This document shows, piece after piece, positions 36,337-46,650 of a DNA stretch of 64,000 nucleotides. The translations under genes were made by a program, and so were the position numbers. The stretch is from a virus. Numbering within the stretch: the first letter of the stretch is position 1; every line of letters begins with the position of its first letter. Below the pieces are notes generated by a model. The model had not been told where the DNA came from. It saw nothing but the letters and a program-made list of their open reading frames with translations, and did not search any database. Where the stretch lies: positions 1-64,000 of the IMG/VR virus record IMGVR_UViG_3300042691_050360; one strand, given 5' to 3'.

Positions 36337-38078
36337 ATTCAAAAGAATGGATTGTCAAAGACGTGGACAGAGAATTATCCGCAGTATTAGCTGATGAATG
36401 TGAATTGCCTAAGTCAATTGCTACCGTCTTGGTTGGCCGCGATATTGATACAAAAGAAAAGGCGGCAATATTCATCGATAAGCCAACTAAGCTAATTAGA
36501 AGCCCTTCGAAGCTTCCAGATTGTGCCAAAGCGGTTGAAAGATTAAAAACGGCGATTGAAAATAAAGAAAAGATTTTTGTCTGGGGAGACTATGACGTAG
36601 ATGGTATTACTTCTACATCTATTATTGTAACCTGCTTTGAGATGTTTGGTGCTAAATTCATTTACAAAGTTCCAAACAGATTTGATGATGGCTATGATAT
36701 TAAACGACACTCTGTAGATGAATGTATCAAAGAAGGTGCTACTCTCCTTCTGAGTGTAGACTGTGGCATTGTTGCTTTTGACACTGCGGAATATGCAAAG
36801 GAGAAAGGAATTGATGTTATAATTACGGATCACCACACAGCTTCTGAAGATGGAAGAATTCCAGATTGTGTTGCTGTTGTTAACCCCTCTCGTATTGATT
36901 CAGAATATGGCTTTGCTGGGCTCTGTGGTGCCACTGTCGCGTTCAAACTAATGCTTGCTCTTGGTAATGCACTTAATTATGATTTAAATAAAATCATTGC
37001 CGAAACAATAGAATTTGTGGCACTTGGAACAGTAGCTGACGTTGCCCCCATGATGGATGAAAATAGAGTTCTCGTTCATAAGGGCTGTCAAGCTTTGACT
37101 AATTCAAGTAAGCCAGGGATTCAAGAGCTTTTGAAAATTGCTGGTGCCAAAGAAGTGGACACAACCACTATAGGATTTGGTATTGGCCCAAGAATGAATG
37201 CAATTGGAAGATTGTCCGACCCAATGATTGCTGTAGAGTTAATGCTTGAGAAAAATCAACAAAGGGCTAAGTTCCTAGCAAATCAGCTAGATACTGCAAA
37301 CAAAAGAAGACAATCTAAACAAGAACATATGTATCAAGAGGCAATTGCTTTGATTGAAGAGGAAAAACTTCACGAAATGCCTGTAATTGTTTGCTGGGCT
37401 AAATCTTGGCATGCTGGTTTGATTGGCCTTATGGCTGGGAAGATTGCAGAGCGTTATCATAGACCCGCTGTAGTTCTCTCACTTAACGAGGAAGGAAAAG
37501 CTAAAGGATCGTGCAGATCAGTTAAATCAATTAATATTCTCCAGGCTTTGAAGAGTCCTAAAGTCCTTGAGTATTATTCAAAAAAGATTGATGGAGCTCC
37601 AATTGTTGGTGGTCACGCTTTCGCCGCTGGCATGGAAGTGCCCGAGCAAAATCTTAAAGCTTTCAGGGATGTACTTGGTGAGGCTTTACAGGATTTAAAT
37701 CCAGATTTTGTTGCTGGTAAAAAAGTTTTTATTGCTGATTCTAGAATCGTGCCTGGAGAAATTAATGATAATACTTTCGATGCCTTGACGGGACTAGCAC
37801 CTTTTGGATCTGGTCATCCTGAGCCAATTTTCTGGGTGAAAAATCTCACAGTACAAGATCAAAAACTCCTATCATCTGATAAGCACTTAAAGTTAACGCT
37901 ATACCATGACCGCGTAAAATACAAAAAATTCTCTGCACTTTTATGGCATAAAGCGGCGGACTATCCAGATAATTACGTTGATAAAAATATTGATGTGCTG
38001 TTCTCATTCGGAAAAGAAACTAGGGGTTTTGGATCAAGATTTTACCTAAATATGGTTGATTTTAGACTTTCTAGCTAA
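36333..38078 (+). CDS. recJ: ssDNA exonuclease RecJ
   Basis: GDYDVDG, TDHH, GTVAD, GSCRS, GGHAFAAG, PFG. Confidence 0.95.
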   Translation: MNSKEWIVKDVDRELSAVLADECELPKSIATVLVGRDIDTKEKAAIFIDKPTKLIRSPSKLPDCAKAVERLKTAIENKEKIFVWGDYDVDGITSTSIIVTCFEMFGAKFIYKVPNRFDDGYDIKRHSVDECIKEGATLLLSVDCGIVAFDTAEYAKEKGIDVIITDHHTASEDGRIPDCVAVVNPSRIDSEYGFAGLCGATVAFKLMLALGNALNYDLNKIIAETIEFVALGTVADVAPMMDENRVLVHKGCQALTNSSKPGIQELLKIAGAKEVDTTTIGFGIGPRMNAIGRLSDPMIAVELMLEKNQQRAKFLANQLDTANKRRQSKQEHMYQEAIALIEEEKLHEMPVIVCWAKSWHAGLIGLMAGKIAERYHRPAVVLSLNEEGKAKGSCRSVKSINILQALKSPKVLEYYSKKIDGAPIVGGHAFAAGMEVPEQNLKAFRDVLGEALQDLNPDFVAGKKVFIADSRIVPGEINDNTFDALTGLAPFGSGHPEPIFWVKNLTVQDQKLLSSDKHLKLTLYHDRVKYKKFSALLWHKAADYPDNYVDKNIDVLFSFGKETRGFGSRFYLNMVDFRLSS

Positions 38079-38114
38079 ATTCAACGTATATATTCTTAGT
38101 GCATTAGGGAAATT

Positions 38115-39023
38115 ATGAAAGTAGATTTAATTAATTCAGAAATACAATTAAGACTTGAGGATGCCGTCTTAAAGTATCAAGCGGTGTCCGCAAAAGGTGA
38201 TAAAAACGATATAGAATTAGCTTATAAGAAAATAACTAAACTATACAATCCTCTAGATTTCTATCACAATTGGTATGATCAATATTATTATCTTTTTGAT
38301 TCTCAGGAAGATTTTGTCGCAGATTATTTGAGAGTTTTTGCCACGGTATTGCTTGGCTGGAAACCAAGAAACCAAAGGGGCAAGTCGAGATATGAAGGAT
38401 CTGGAGAATTTAAGAACTATTTTATCGGATCGCTTTACCATAATTACATAAACATGGTAAAATCTGATCAGGCGGCAAAAAGAAATATAACAAAACTATG
38501 CCCAATCTGCGATGAATGGGTCAACCCGATTTCCACTCACCTGATTACCGACCACTCACACATTCTTTGGCAATATCTGGAAGAAATGGATATTGATATT
38601 GAAAGTCTTTCATCATGCCCTTTATGCACTAATTTCAAGGTGGCAAAGAGCAACAACGATCCTAAGAAAATTACAGAACTCCTAAAGGCACATTTTATTT
38701 CAAAACACACAAGCTTGCTGTTCAATAAATTCAATGAAATGTACCCCGAAATATCAACTATTTCCCCGAAAATCTCATCCACATCTGTGCATGAGGGCGA
38801 TGAAGAGCTTGATTTATATGAAGTAGTTGAAGAAAAAAACAACTTACTTAGCAAATTGCACTTTTTAAATCTCACAGACGTGCAAAAACACGCAATCGAG
38901 CAAGTTTTAAACGGCGATACGAATTTGACGTACAAGCCTGATAAATATAAATGTACAAAAGAACAGTGGGAGATCGAAATGGAATCCCTTAGGGAGACGA
39001 TAAGTATTTATGGATATGAATGA
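38115..39023 (+). CDS. sigma-factor-like protein with two C2H2-type zinc fingers
   Basis: Region-2-like EDFVADY..F..YF segment; CPIC..H...H and CPLC..H...H. Confidence 0.45.
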   Translation: MKVDLINSEIQLRLEDAVLKYQAVSAKGDKNDIELAYKKITKLYNPLDFYHNWYDQYYYLFDSQEDFVADYLRVFATVLLGWKPRNQRGKSRYEGSGEFKNYFIGSLYHNYINMVKSDQAAKRNITKLCPICDEWVNPISTHLITDHSHILWQYLEEMDIDIESLSSCPLCTNFKVAKSNNDPKKITELLKAHFISKHTSLLFNKFNEMYPEISTISPKISSTSVHEGDEELDLYEVVEEKNNLLSKLHFLNLTDVQKHAIEQVLNGDTNLTYKPDKYKCTKEQWEIEMESLRETISIYGYE

Positions 39024-39402
39024 AAAACCTGTTTTGGCTGAAAACACTTCAGCAACCGATGAAAGATTTACTTTTCCTGGCGACCCTCTAACTCTAAAAG
39101 TGAGAGGAGGGGATGTTGACCCCGACAGGCCAGAAAGGAAACCAACTGATCCAGTGGCGTTATCAAGAGCTATTCTTCATGTTTTGGGCAAAAATGAATA
39201 TGTAAGAATCTTATCAGTAGGCCCTAAAGCTTTGACAATCGCAATGAAGGCATTTAGAATAGCTTCGAGCGAGGCAGAAAGCCGCACCAATGGAGCTGTT
39301 TTGGTTTGTAGACAGTCGGAATATGAAGCAATTATCGCAAATAAAAAAACGAAAGGCGTATGCACAAGAATTTTCGGAATCCCAATCAAAAACGCCCTAT
39401 AG
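39010..39402 (+). CDS. SpoVS-like (Alba-fold) protein
   Basis: P.ALSRAI..L......SVGPKAL..AMKA..IA matches the SpoVS pattern. Confidence 0.75.
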   Translation: MDMNEKPVLAENTSATDERFTFPGDPLTLKVRGGDVDPDRPERKPTDPVALSRAILHVLGKNEYVRILSVGPKALTIAMKAFRIASSEAESRTNGAVLVCRQSEYEAIIANKKTKGVCTRIFGIPIKNAL

Positions 39403-39752
39403 TTCAGCACATTGTTGATAATATCCTGCCTAAATTAATTCAAAATCAAGTTGAAAAACCAATTGAAATTTTGCCCGTTTTAGAGAGAGAAAATGTCAAA
39501 AATTTAATCGAAAAAAGAGTGGATTTTGTAGGCAAAATACTGCCGCTGAGAGAAGATAAGATAAAGAAAAGGCTACTATGTTTTATTAAAAAAAATAGAG
39601 TGGCCTTGCGTTATGAACAAGCTTGCTGCCGACATGTAAAGCAATTTACTGTAGCAGCTTTTTTGTTCTGTGAAATTTGCGATGCAGTGCACTCGTCTCT
39701 CTCTTGGGATCGGTGCAGAAACTGCGGAAATTTTAACAAATACAAAATGTAG
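39360..39752 (+). CDS. hypothetical protein with zinc ribbon
   Basis: CxxC pairs near C-terminus; start uncertain. Confidence 0.5.
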   Translation: MHKNFRNPNQKRPIVQHIVDNILPKLIQNQVEKPIEILPVLERENVKNLIEKRVDFVGKILPLREDKIKKRLLCFIKKNRVALRYEQACCRHVKQFTVAAFLFCEICDAVHSSLSWDRCRNCGNFNKYKM

Positions 39753-39842
39753 GGCGGCTGGAAACAGTATATTATAAGTATAAAATGGAGAAAAAAAACA
39801 CTAACTTATTAAAATTCCTTCCCCTCACTGGAGAAAAAAAAG

Positions 39843-40817
39843 ATGCTTTTTGAAGAACAATTATCAAGAAAACCCAATTTATACCCCTGGACTCAGGATT
39901 TTATAGACGTAATGGAGGAAGGACACTGGACGGCTAAAGAGTTCAATTTTCAGAGTGATTTACATGATTACAAAATCAAGTTTGACGATCAACAAAAAGA
40001 AGTAATTAAAAACACTTTGTCGGCAATCGCACAGATAGAAGTGGCGGTGAAAAAGTTTTGGTCAAAAGTGGGAGATAACTTCCCTCATCCCAGCATTAAT
40101 GACCTGGGGATTGTTATGTCCCATGTTGAAGTAATTCATAATATTGCATACGAAAAACTACTGAACATTCTAAACCTGGATGATGTTTTCGAAGAAAACC
40201 TTAAACTAGACATTATCAAGGGAAGGGTTAAATATCTAAGAAAATACACACACAGGTATTATGAGAACTCCAAAAAGCAGTACCTATACGCCTTGGTTTT
40301 GTTCACGCTTTTTGTCGAGAATGTCTCTTTGTTTTCGCAATTTTATATCATCAACTGGTTCAATCGTTATCATAATGTTTTGAAAGACACCGCACAGCAG
40401 GTTTCTTATACCGCTAAAGAGGAGACTATTCATGCTCTGGTTGGCATCAAGCTAATCAACACACTTCGTGAAGAATATCCTGATCTTTTCGATGAAGAAT
40501 TTGAAAACAAAATCTTAGATGAAACAATTGAAGCTTTTAATTGCGAAGCGAAAATCATTGATTGGATTCTGAGCGATTACACAGGTGAAAAATTAACACC
40601 AGACCACCTGAAAAACTTCGTCAAAGACCGGCTTAATCAATCTTTGTCGGCGATTGGATTCAGACAAGTTTTTGAAGACATTGATAAAGATATTTTGGCT
40701 GAAACCGAATGGTTTAATGAGGATGTTCTTGGTAATACCAACACTGACTTTTTCCATTCCAGACCGGTTAATTATTCGAAAGGAAATAAAAGTTATGATT
40801 CGGGAGATTTGTTTTAA
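39843..40817 (+). CDS. nrdB: ribonucleotide reductase class I beta subunit
   Basis: EVIH, EETIH, LFVENVSLFSQF, DFFH.RP..Y. Confidence 0.95.
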   Translation: MLFEEQLSRKPNLYPWTQDFIDVMEEGHWTAKEFNFQSDLHDYKIKFDDQQKEVIKNTLSAIAQIEVAVKKFWSKVGDNFPHPSINDLGIVMSHVEVIHNIAYEKLLNILNLDDVFEENLKLDIIKGRVKYLRKYTHRYYENSKKQYLYALVLFTLFVENVSLFSQFYIINWFNRYHNVLKDTAQQVSYTAKEETIHALVGIKLINTLREEYPDLFDEEFENKILDETIEAFNCEAKIIDWILSDYTGEKLTPDHLKNFVKDRLNQSLSAIGFRQVFEDIDKDILAETEWFNEDVLGNTNTDFFHSRPVNYSKGNKSYDSGDLF

Positions 40818-42466
40818 TGAAAAATATTGAGTGGCTAAATGAGGATTCGCGTGTATTTTTGTCAAGAGGTTATTTGCGAGAAGGAGTGCAAGCCGAAGAT
40901 CGGATTAAAGTTATAATCGAAACGGCAAGTAAATATCTTTATAAAATTGAAGAGTTTAGAGAAAAATTTGAAGATTATCTAGCAAGAGGCTATTACTCCT
41001 TGGCGTCACCAGTTTGGAGCAACTACGGCGAGGATAGGGGACTCCCCATTAGCTGTAATGGCCAATTCATTGGTGATTCCATGGATGATATTCTTTACAA
41101 CAACAGCGAAACGGGAATGATGACCAAATATGGAGCTGGAACCTCTGCTTATTTTGGTGCATTGAGAGGTAGAGGGTCTAATATCTCCGCTGGTGGCACA
41201 TCTTTTGGCGGAGTTCACTTTATGCAATTGTTTGACACCACCACAAGAATCGTTAGCCAGTCTAATGTCAGAAGGGGTTCATTCGCCGCGTATTATCCTG
41301 TTGAAGGTCCGGACATTTATGAATTCCTGGAAATCAGAGAGAACGGAAACGCGATACAAGATATGAGTATTGGTGTTACTATTACAGATGAATGGATGAA
41401 TTCCATGAAAGATGGGGATAAAGAAAAACGAAAATTGTGGGCAAGAATAATTCAGAAACGATTTGAAACTGGATATCCTTATATTTTCTGGACAGACACT
41501 GTGAACAATAACGCCCCTCTGTGGTATAGAGATCGCGGCATGAAGATACACGGATCAAATTTGTGTTCGGAAATATGCTTGCCAGCTGATGAAAACAATT
41601 CATTTGTTTGTGATTTGTCTTCCATGAATATGCTTTACTACGATGAGTGGAAGGACACAGATGCAGTTGAAATACTCACCTATTTCCTGGACGCAGTAAT
41701 GGAAGAGTATATTCATAAAACAAAAGATCTGCCTTTTATGAACAAAGCTCATAATTTTGCTAAAAATCATAGGGCACTTGGATTAGGTGGGCTAGGGTGG
41801 CATTCTTATTTGCAAAGTAAATCAATTGCGTTTGAGTCCCTTGATGCTAAAATTAGAAATATTCAAATCTGGAAGCTCATTGAAGAAAAATCAATTATCG
41901 CCTCAAAGAGAATGGCGGAATTATATGGTGAACCACCTGTTATGAAGGGCTACGGTAGGCGAAACTCCACTCTGGTGGCGATTGCACCTACTACTTCATC
42001 TTCATTTATTCTCGGACAAGTTTCTCCGAGTATTGAACCGCTGAATTCAAATTACTTTGTTAAAGATCTAGCTAAGGGTAAATTCACCTATAGAAATCCT
42101 CATCTAAAAGAAGTGCTTGCTAACTATGGCAAGGATGATAGCAAAACCTGGAAATCTATTTTGTCTCATGGCGGGAGTGTTCAGCACCTTGAATTCTTAA
42201 CCGATCATGAGAAAATGGTTTTCAAGACCTTTGGAGAGATTTCTCAAAAGGAAATTGTTATTCAGGCTTCTGCAAGACAAAAATATATTGATCAAAGTCA
42301 AAGTCTAAATCTAATGATTCACCCAGACACGCCATTGAGGGATGTTAACGAGCTAATGCTATTTGCTTGGGAGCAAGGCATCAAGACTTTGTACTACCAA
42401 AGAGGGACAAATCCAAGCCAGGAATTAGCAAGAAATATTCTTAATTGCGAAAGCTGCGAGGCTTAA
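40817..42466 (+). CDS. nrdA: ribonucleotide reductase class I alpha subunit (no ATP cone)
   Basis: PISC, SNLCSEI, APTTSSS, KTLYY, terminal CESC. Confidence 0.95.
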   Translation: MKNIEWLNEDSRVFLSRGYLREGVQAEDRIKVIIETASKYLYKIEEFREKFEDYLARGYYSLASPVWSNYGEDRGLPISCNGQFIGDSMDDILYNNSETGMMTKYGAGTSAYFGALRGRGSNISAGGTSFGGVHFMQLFDTTTRIVSQSNVRRGSFAAYYPVEGPDIYEFLEIRENGNAIQDMSIGVTITDEWMNSMKDGDKEKRKLWARIIQKRFETGYPYIFWTDTVNNNAPLWYRDRGMKIHGSNLCSEICLPADENNSFVCDLSSMNMLYYDEWKDTDAVEILTYFLDAVMEEYIHKTKDLPFMNKAHNFAKNHRALGLGGLGWHSYLQSKSIAFESLDAKIRNIQIWKLIEEKSIIASKRMAELYGEPPVMKGYGRRNSTLVAIAPTTSSSFILGQVSPSIEPLNSNYFVKDLAKGKFTYRNPHLKEVLANYGKDDSKTWKSILSHGGSVQHLEFLTDHEKMVFKTFGEISQKEIVIQASARQKYIDQSQSLNLMIHPDTPLRDVNELMLFAWEQGIKTLYYQRGTNPSQELARNILNCESCEA

Positions 42467-42483
42467 GGCTGTAAAATATAATT

Positions 42484-42876
42484 ATGACTACAGAATACGA
42501 AGCAAAAGTTGTAAAAATCTTGGACGCTCTTCATGAGCATGAAGAAGAAGATAACTTGCATACCTTGCAGCTTTTGCTTCAAGATGCAGAAGAGGGATAT
42601 GTCTTCAAAGTTGTGCTTGAAGAGAAAAATGTAAGAGAGTTAGTGGGTGCCAGGGACCCTCTAACGAGTAAGCAGATGATTGAGCTCGCAATTATGCTAA
42701 GGAGCAGGGAAGAGCCTGTGAAAATGATGGTTCCTACTGATTCAAAAGAGATATCTTTGGAGGATTTGCAAGAAACTAAAAAACTAGATCCTCCGAAAAG
42801 AAATAGAAATCGAAGACGGAGAAGAAATAACAAAAAACCGAGCAATTTCAATAACGCGAAACGTAAAGATAGTTGA
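42484..42876 (+). CDS. hypothetical protein with basic tail
   Basis: GTAAAAT+6 nt before ATG. Confidence 0.7.
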   Translation: MTTEYEAKVVKILDALHEHEEEDNLHTLQLLLQDAEEGYVFKVVLEEKNVRELVGARDPLTSKQMIELAIMLRSREEPVKMMVPTDSKEISLEDLQETKKLDPPKRNRNRRRRRNNKKPSNFNNAKRKDS

Positions 42877-43325
42877 TGGATAATTACATTAACCTTGCGT
42901 TACGAACCGACCCCTCACCAGAGCAGTACGAAGTAATCGCCAAGCGAAACGAACAACCAAACATAATGCGTCTTGAGCACGGTATTATGGGAATCGTCAC
43001 AGAAGCTGGCGAGCTCATGGATCAGCTTAAGAAACATATTGTTTATGGAAAGGATCTTGATTTAGTAAATTTAGCCGAAGAAACCGGTGATGTGTTTTGG
43101 TACTTGGCACTTTGCGTGGCAGCTTTGGCGGAACTCATGGGGCGTGAACCCGAAGAATTGGAGCGGTCTATTAAAGAAATTAATATAGCAAAGCTGAAGG
43201 CAAGATATCCTGAAAAATTCTCTGAAGTTGACGCTGTTGTGAGAAATCTTACCGCAGAGAGAGATATCTTGGACAAAGTGGAAGGGACCAATAAAATCGG
43301 TCAAGACGGGGAGGATGTAGAATAA
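42873..43325 (+). CDS. MazG-like nucleotide pyrophosphohydrolase
   Basis: EAGELMD..KK, EETGDVFWY, NIAKLKARYP. Confidence 0.9.
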   Translation: MMDNYINLALRTDPSPEQYEVIAKRNEQPNIMRLEHGIMGIVTEAGELMDQLKKHIVYGKDLDLVNLAEETGDVFWYLALCVAALAELMGREPEELERSIKEINIAKLKARYPEKFSEVDAVVRNLTAERDILDKVEGTNKIGQDGEDVE

Positions 43326-43807
43326 TGGGTAAGACAATTCACTATTCAGAATCTAAAGAGCTGTACGAGATTGCCAAAAAACTCAAGGTGAAATATATCA
43401 ACCTTGTTGGATACATCGATCTTGACAAAATCTTCTTTTCATATAAGGGTGGAGATATTCGTGATGATTTTACCTACGAAGTGTTGGGGCTTAAGAATGA
43501 ATGGGTTAAACACACACAAGATCCTGATGAAGATGTCAAGGTTTACTGTATCGCATCTAGCTTTGATTTTTATCAAAAAGCAGATGGGCCTTTGCTTGAA
43601 TGGATCATGCTAGATTGCTTGTACTCAATCCACCCAAAGATGGATGGCAAAATCCGAAGAAAGGATGTCCATGAATTTTCAAGAATTTTGGATACACTTG
43701 ATGAGCTCGGCCATGCGAAAGATTGGCGTAAAAACACCCACCTTCCAGAGCTTCTAGGAGAGGAAACGATCTTGTTCGGCTTAGAGGCAGAAGATGACGC
43801 TCTATAA
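43325..43807 (+). CDS. phage metallopeptidase-like protein, HExxH degenerate
   Basis: Overall pattern incl. KDVHEF; expected HELxH reads DCLYS. Confidence 0.45.
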   Translation: MGKTIHYSESKELYEIAKKLKVKYINLVGYIDLDKIFFSYKGGDIRDDFTYEVLGLKNEWVKHTQDPDEDVKVYCIASSFDFYQKADGPLLEWIMLDCLYSIHPKMDGKIRRKDVHEFSRILDTLDELGHAKDWRKNTHLPELLGEETILFGLEAEDDAL

Positions 43808-44783
43808 TAAATACAGGCCCAAATCTTTTTCTGAATTAATTCAGAGCAATTACAATAACGGGCTGTCGAAAGACAGCCTTACTCACCATGCATATCTATT
43901 CTTTGGCCCTCCAGGCACAGGAAAGACATCTGCGGCAAGATTGTGTATGGCTGAGTATCTTGATGAGAAAGATCTTGCTCAGGCAATCTCTGGCAATCAC
44001 CCAGACTATGTAGAAATCAATTGTGCAGTTAATAATGGCGTGGACGATATCAGAGCGATTGTGTCAGATGTAGTGAATACAATTCCGGTACAATCTGATT
44101 ACAAATTTATCATATTCGACGAGAGCCATATGCTTACAAGTCAAGCACAGAACGCCTTACTAAAGACAGTAGAAGAGCCGCCAGAGCATATCAAGTTCTT
44201 CTTCTGCACCACTGAAATTAACAAAGTTTTACCCGCAATTAGGTCAAGATGCCAGATTGTGCCGTTTTTGAAACTCTCAGATGACAATCTCACAAAAATA
44301 ATTAAGAATGTGTGTGCTGGTGAGCAAATTGATTTCAATAAAGATTCCGCACAAATGGTAGCTTCACTGTCTGATGGATCAGCTAGATCCGCCATAAATA
44401 TGCTTGAGCAATGCCAATCTGTATTTAGCTCTCCAGAATCTGTTGGTCAAATTCTTGGAACAACTAGCTTTGATAATTTTAGAAAGCTTACAGAGTTTAT
44501 TTGCGAAAAAAATAGCATTGAGGCAATCAGACTTCTTGATGAGCTATTTAACAATTCTGTTGATCCTGGATCTTTGATGAATAAATACGCGGATTATCTC
44601 GCTGATTTGATTACACGAAGACTAATTGACAAGAATAGCGTTCCCTTTGATGGCAAAAAAATGATGATAATTGCAGATTGTGTCACGGATATTTTGAAAG
44701 ACTTTAAGATATTACAGAATATAAAACTTATTTCAAAAATAAACGTACTAAAAGCTATGTCCAAAATCCACACAATCTTGTAA
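43794..44783 (+). CDS. dnaX: clamp loader subunit (DnaX gamma/tau-like)
   Basis: KYRP, HAYLF.GPPGTGKT, DESH, NALLKT.EEP, SRC. Confidence 0.92.
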   Translation: MTLYNKYRPKSFSELIQSNYNNGLSKDSLTHHAYLFFGPPGTGKTSAARLCMAEYLDEKDLAQAISGNHPDYVEINCAVNNGVDDIRAIVSDVVNTIPVQSDYKFIIFDESHMLTSQAQNALLKTVEEPPEHIKFFFCTTEINKVLPAIRSRCQIVPFLKLSDDNLTKIIKNVCAGEQIDFNKDSAQMVASLSDGSARSAINMLEQCQSVFSSPESVGQILGTTSFDNFRKLTEFICEKNSIEAIRLLDELFNNSVDPGSLMNKYADYLADLITRRLIDKNSVPFDGKKMMIIADCVTDILKDFKILQNIKLISKINVLKAMSKIHTIL

Positions 44784-44793
44784 AATTAATTTA

Positions 44794-45522
44794 ATGCAAC
44801 ATTGTGATCAAGATTTATCTATTTTGGCGAAAAAAGCAAAAGACGGTGACCAGAAGTCATTCGAAGAAATACTAAAAATTCTTGATCCTGACATTAAAAA
44901 GTTAGCTCATAAATATTACATCGTCGGCGGAGATAGTCAGGACGTAATACAAGAATGTCGGCTTGGGGTTTGGAAGGCTGTTAAAGATTTTGATGACAAA
45001 GCCGGAATGTCATTTAAAAACTTCAGCCTCAGTCTATGTGTCAAGAGACATCTTATAACCGCAATGTCTCACGCAAATACACAAAAATTCAGATTGCAAA
45101 ATGAAGCTGTGAGTCTTAGTTCGCCAGTTTCACAAAGTGAAGAAGAAGGCATGCAGACATATGCAGATTACATTCAAGATCCCAACAGTGACCTGCTGAG
45201 TAACTATATTATTGAAGAGGAATTTAACACCAATCTTCAAATGATTTCAGAGAAATTAACTAAACTTGAAATGTCTATCTTTGGGCAATATGCATTTTCA
45301 TCTTCTTATAAAGATATAGCAGATGCTTTAAAGGTTAAACCAAAAACAGTAGATAATGCCCTGATGCGGATAAGGAAAAAGAGCTCAGAAACTTACGAGG
45401 CCTATCTATCAACGCATAGCGTGATCATGTACGGGGTGTCAACAATTTACTCAGGAATATCTACACTCAATATATGCGAAAATGCAACAATAGGTATATG
45501 CTCAAATATGTCTATTTTTTGA
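44794..45522 (+). CDS. RNA polymerase sigma factor, sigmaH-like
   Basis: YYIVGGDSQDVIQE...KAV.DF, SFKNF..LC.KR..ITA, SYKDIA, K.VDNAL.R. Confidence 0.88.
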   Translation: MQHCDQDLSILAKKAKDGDQKSFEEILKILDPDIKKLAHKYYIVGGDSQDVIQECRLGVWKAVKDFDDKAGMSFKNFSLSLCVKRHLITAMSHANTQKFRLQNEAVSLSSPVSQSEEEGMQTYADYIQDPNSDLLSNYIIEEEFNTNLQMISEKLTKLEMSIFGQYAFSSSYKDIADALKVKPKTVDNALMRIRKKSSETYEAYLSTHSVIMYGVSTIYSGISTLNICENATIGICSNMSIF

Positions 45523-45555
45523 ATTTAGCACACACAATCTGAGCGTATATAATGT

Positions 45556-46650
45556 ATGAAGGCGAATTTGTCTACAAACTTACTTGCGTGTGCACTGTCT
45601 AGGTGTTTTGATGCATGTGAAAAAAAAACTTCTGAATCAATAGTCAGCCTGTCTTTCAAGGATTCAAATCTTTATCTTTCCGCCAAGGGTGCCTTTACTC
45701 TCTACGAGGAAACCATCTCGGTAATTTCGGCAGATGATGAGCAGACTTTTTGTATCAAAACGTCAGTTTTGCTTGAATTCGTTAAATACATTTCTGCAGA
45801 CAGTTTGTTATTGGTTTATGACGATGAAAAGAAATCTTGCTTAGTCTCAAGTTCTGATAAAAAATCCAAGATTGCTTTGCAGGTCTTGGATTCCTCTGTG
45901 GACATGGGACAATCTAGCGAATATAATGTTACATTTAATGTTAGTAATGCTCAGGAGCTTGTATCTAAACTTAGCTTTGCTTCTAAATTTTGCTCAAACA
46001 ACTTTCAAGATCACCCTCTCACTGCTATTCACTGCGAAGTGGATGTTGATAAATTCAAGATTAAGAGTACAAACGGCCCGTCTTTTTACTCATCCAGCTT
46101 GACGATCAACACTAACGATAATATTCAAATTTTTCTACCCAAGAAATCACCTTCCATTTTGAAGAATGTGTTTCACGAAGTTGCTTTTGATAAGTGTTCC
46201 ATAAACTCACGCACAATGCTATTTGAGTCGGGCAATTGTAAATTAACTTTCTTCATCGAAAAAAGTGGCAATTCTTTTCCTGATCAAGTTATGGATTGGT
46301 TGGAGAAAAAATCAAGCTCATCTATTAAGGTTTCCGTTTATGAGCTCTCTAAAACGCTTAAGTTCTTCAATGGTGTTTTCTCTGAAGCATCTGTTAATTT
46401 CAACATTAAAGATGGAAAACTCAATCTTGAATCCAAAGAAAATAATATGGCGGCAAAAGAAAGCGTAGTGACTGAAGAATGTACAGGCGAGGCTAATTCT
46501 GCCTACAATTCAAAATACTTCCTTGACTGCTTAGATTCTCTACAGTCTTCATGGGTTAACCTGGATTTCATTGAAATGAAAAGTGATTTCTATCTTTGCA
46601 GACTTACTCAAGCTAACACACTGATTTTACTATGTCCAACTACATTCTAG
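45556..46650 (+). CDS. dnaN: DNA polymerase III beta sliding clamp
   Basis: 364 aa, three-domain pattern, STNG, FP, YNSKYFLDCL, C-terminal LLCP; next to clamp loader. Confidence 0.75.
   Translation: MKANLSTNLLACALSRCFDACEKKTSESIVSLSFKDSNLYLSAKGAFTLYEETISVISADDEQTFCIKTSVLLEFVKYISADSLLLVYDDEKKSCLVSSSDKKSKIALQVLDSSVDMGQSSEYNVTFNVSNAQELVSKLSFASKFCSNNFQDHPLTAIHCEVDVDKFKIKSTNGPSFYSSSLTINTNDNIQIFLPKKSPSILKNVFHEVAFDKCSINSRTMLFESGNCKLTFFIEKSGNSFPDQVMDWLEKKSSSSIKVSVYELSKTLKFFNGVFSEASVNFNIKDGKLNLESKENNMAAKESVVTEECTGEANSAYNSKYFLDCLDSLQSSWVNLDFIEMKSDFYLCRLTQANTLILLCPTTF

Noticed and set aside
13575-43325. Modified-base pathway (Z-base or deazaguanine) suggested by GMP reductase-like plus MazG
   Set aside because: No PurZ, QueCDE/FolE or DpdA-like gene recognised in this window
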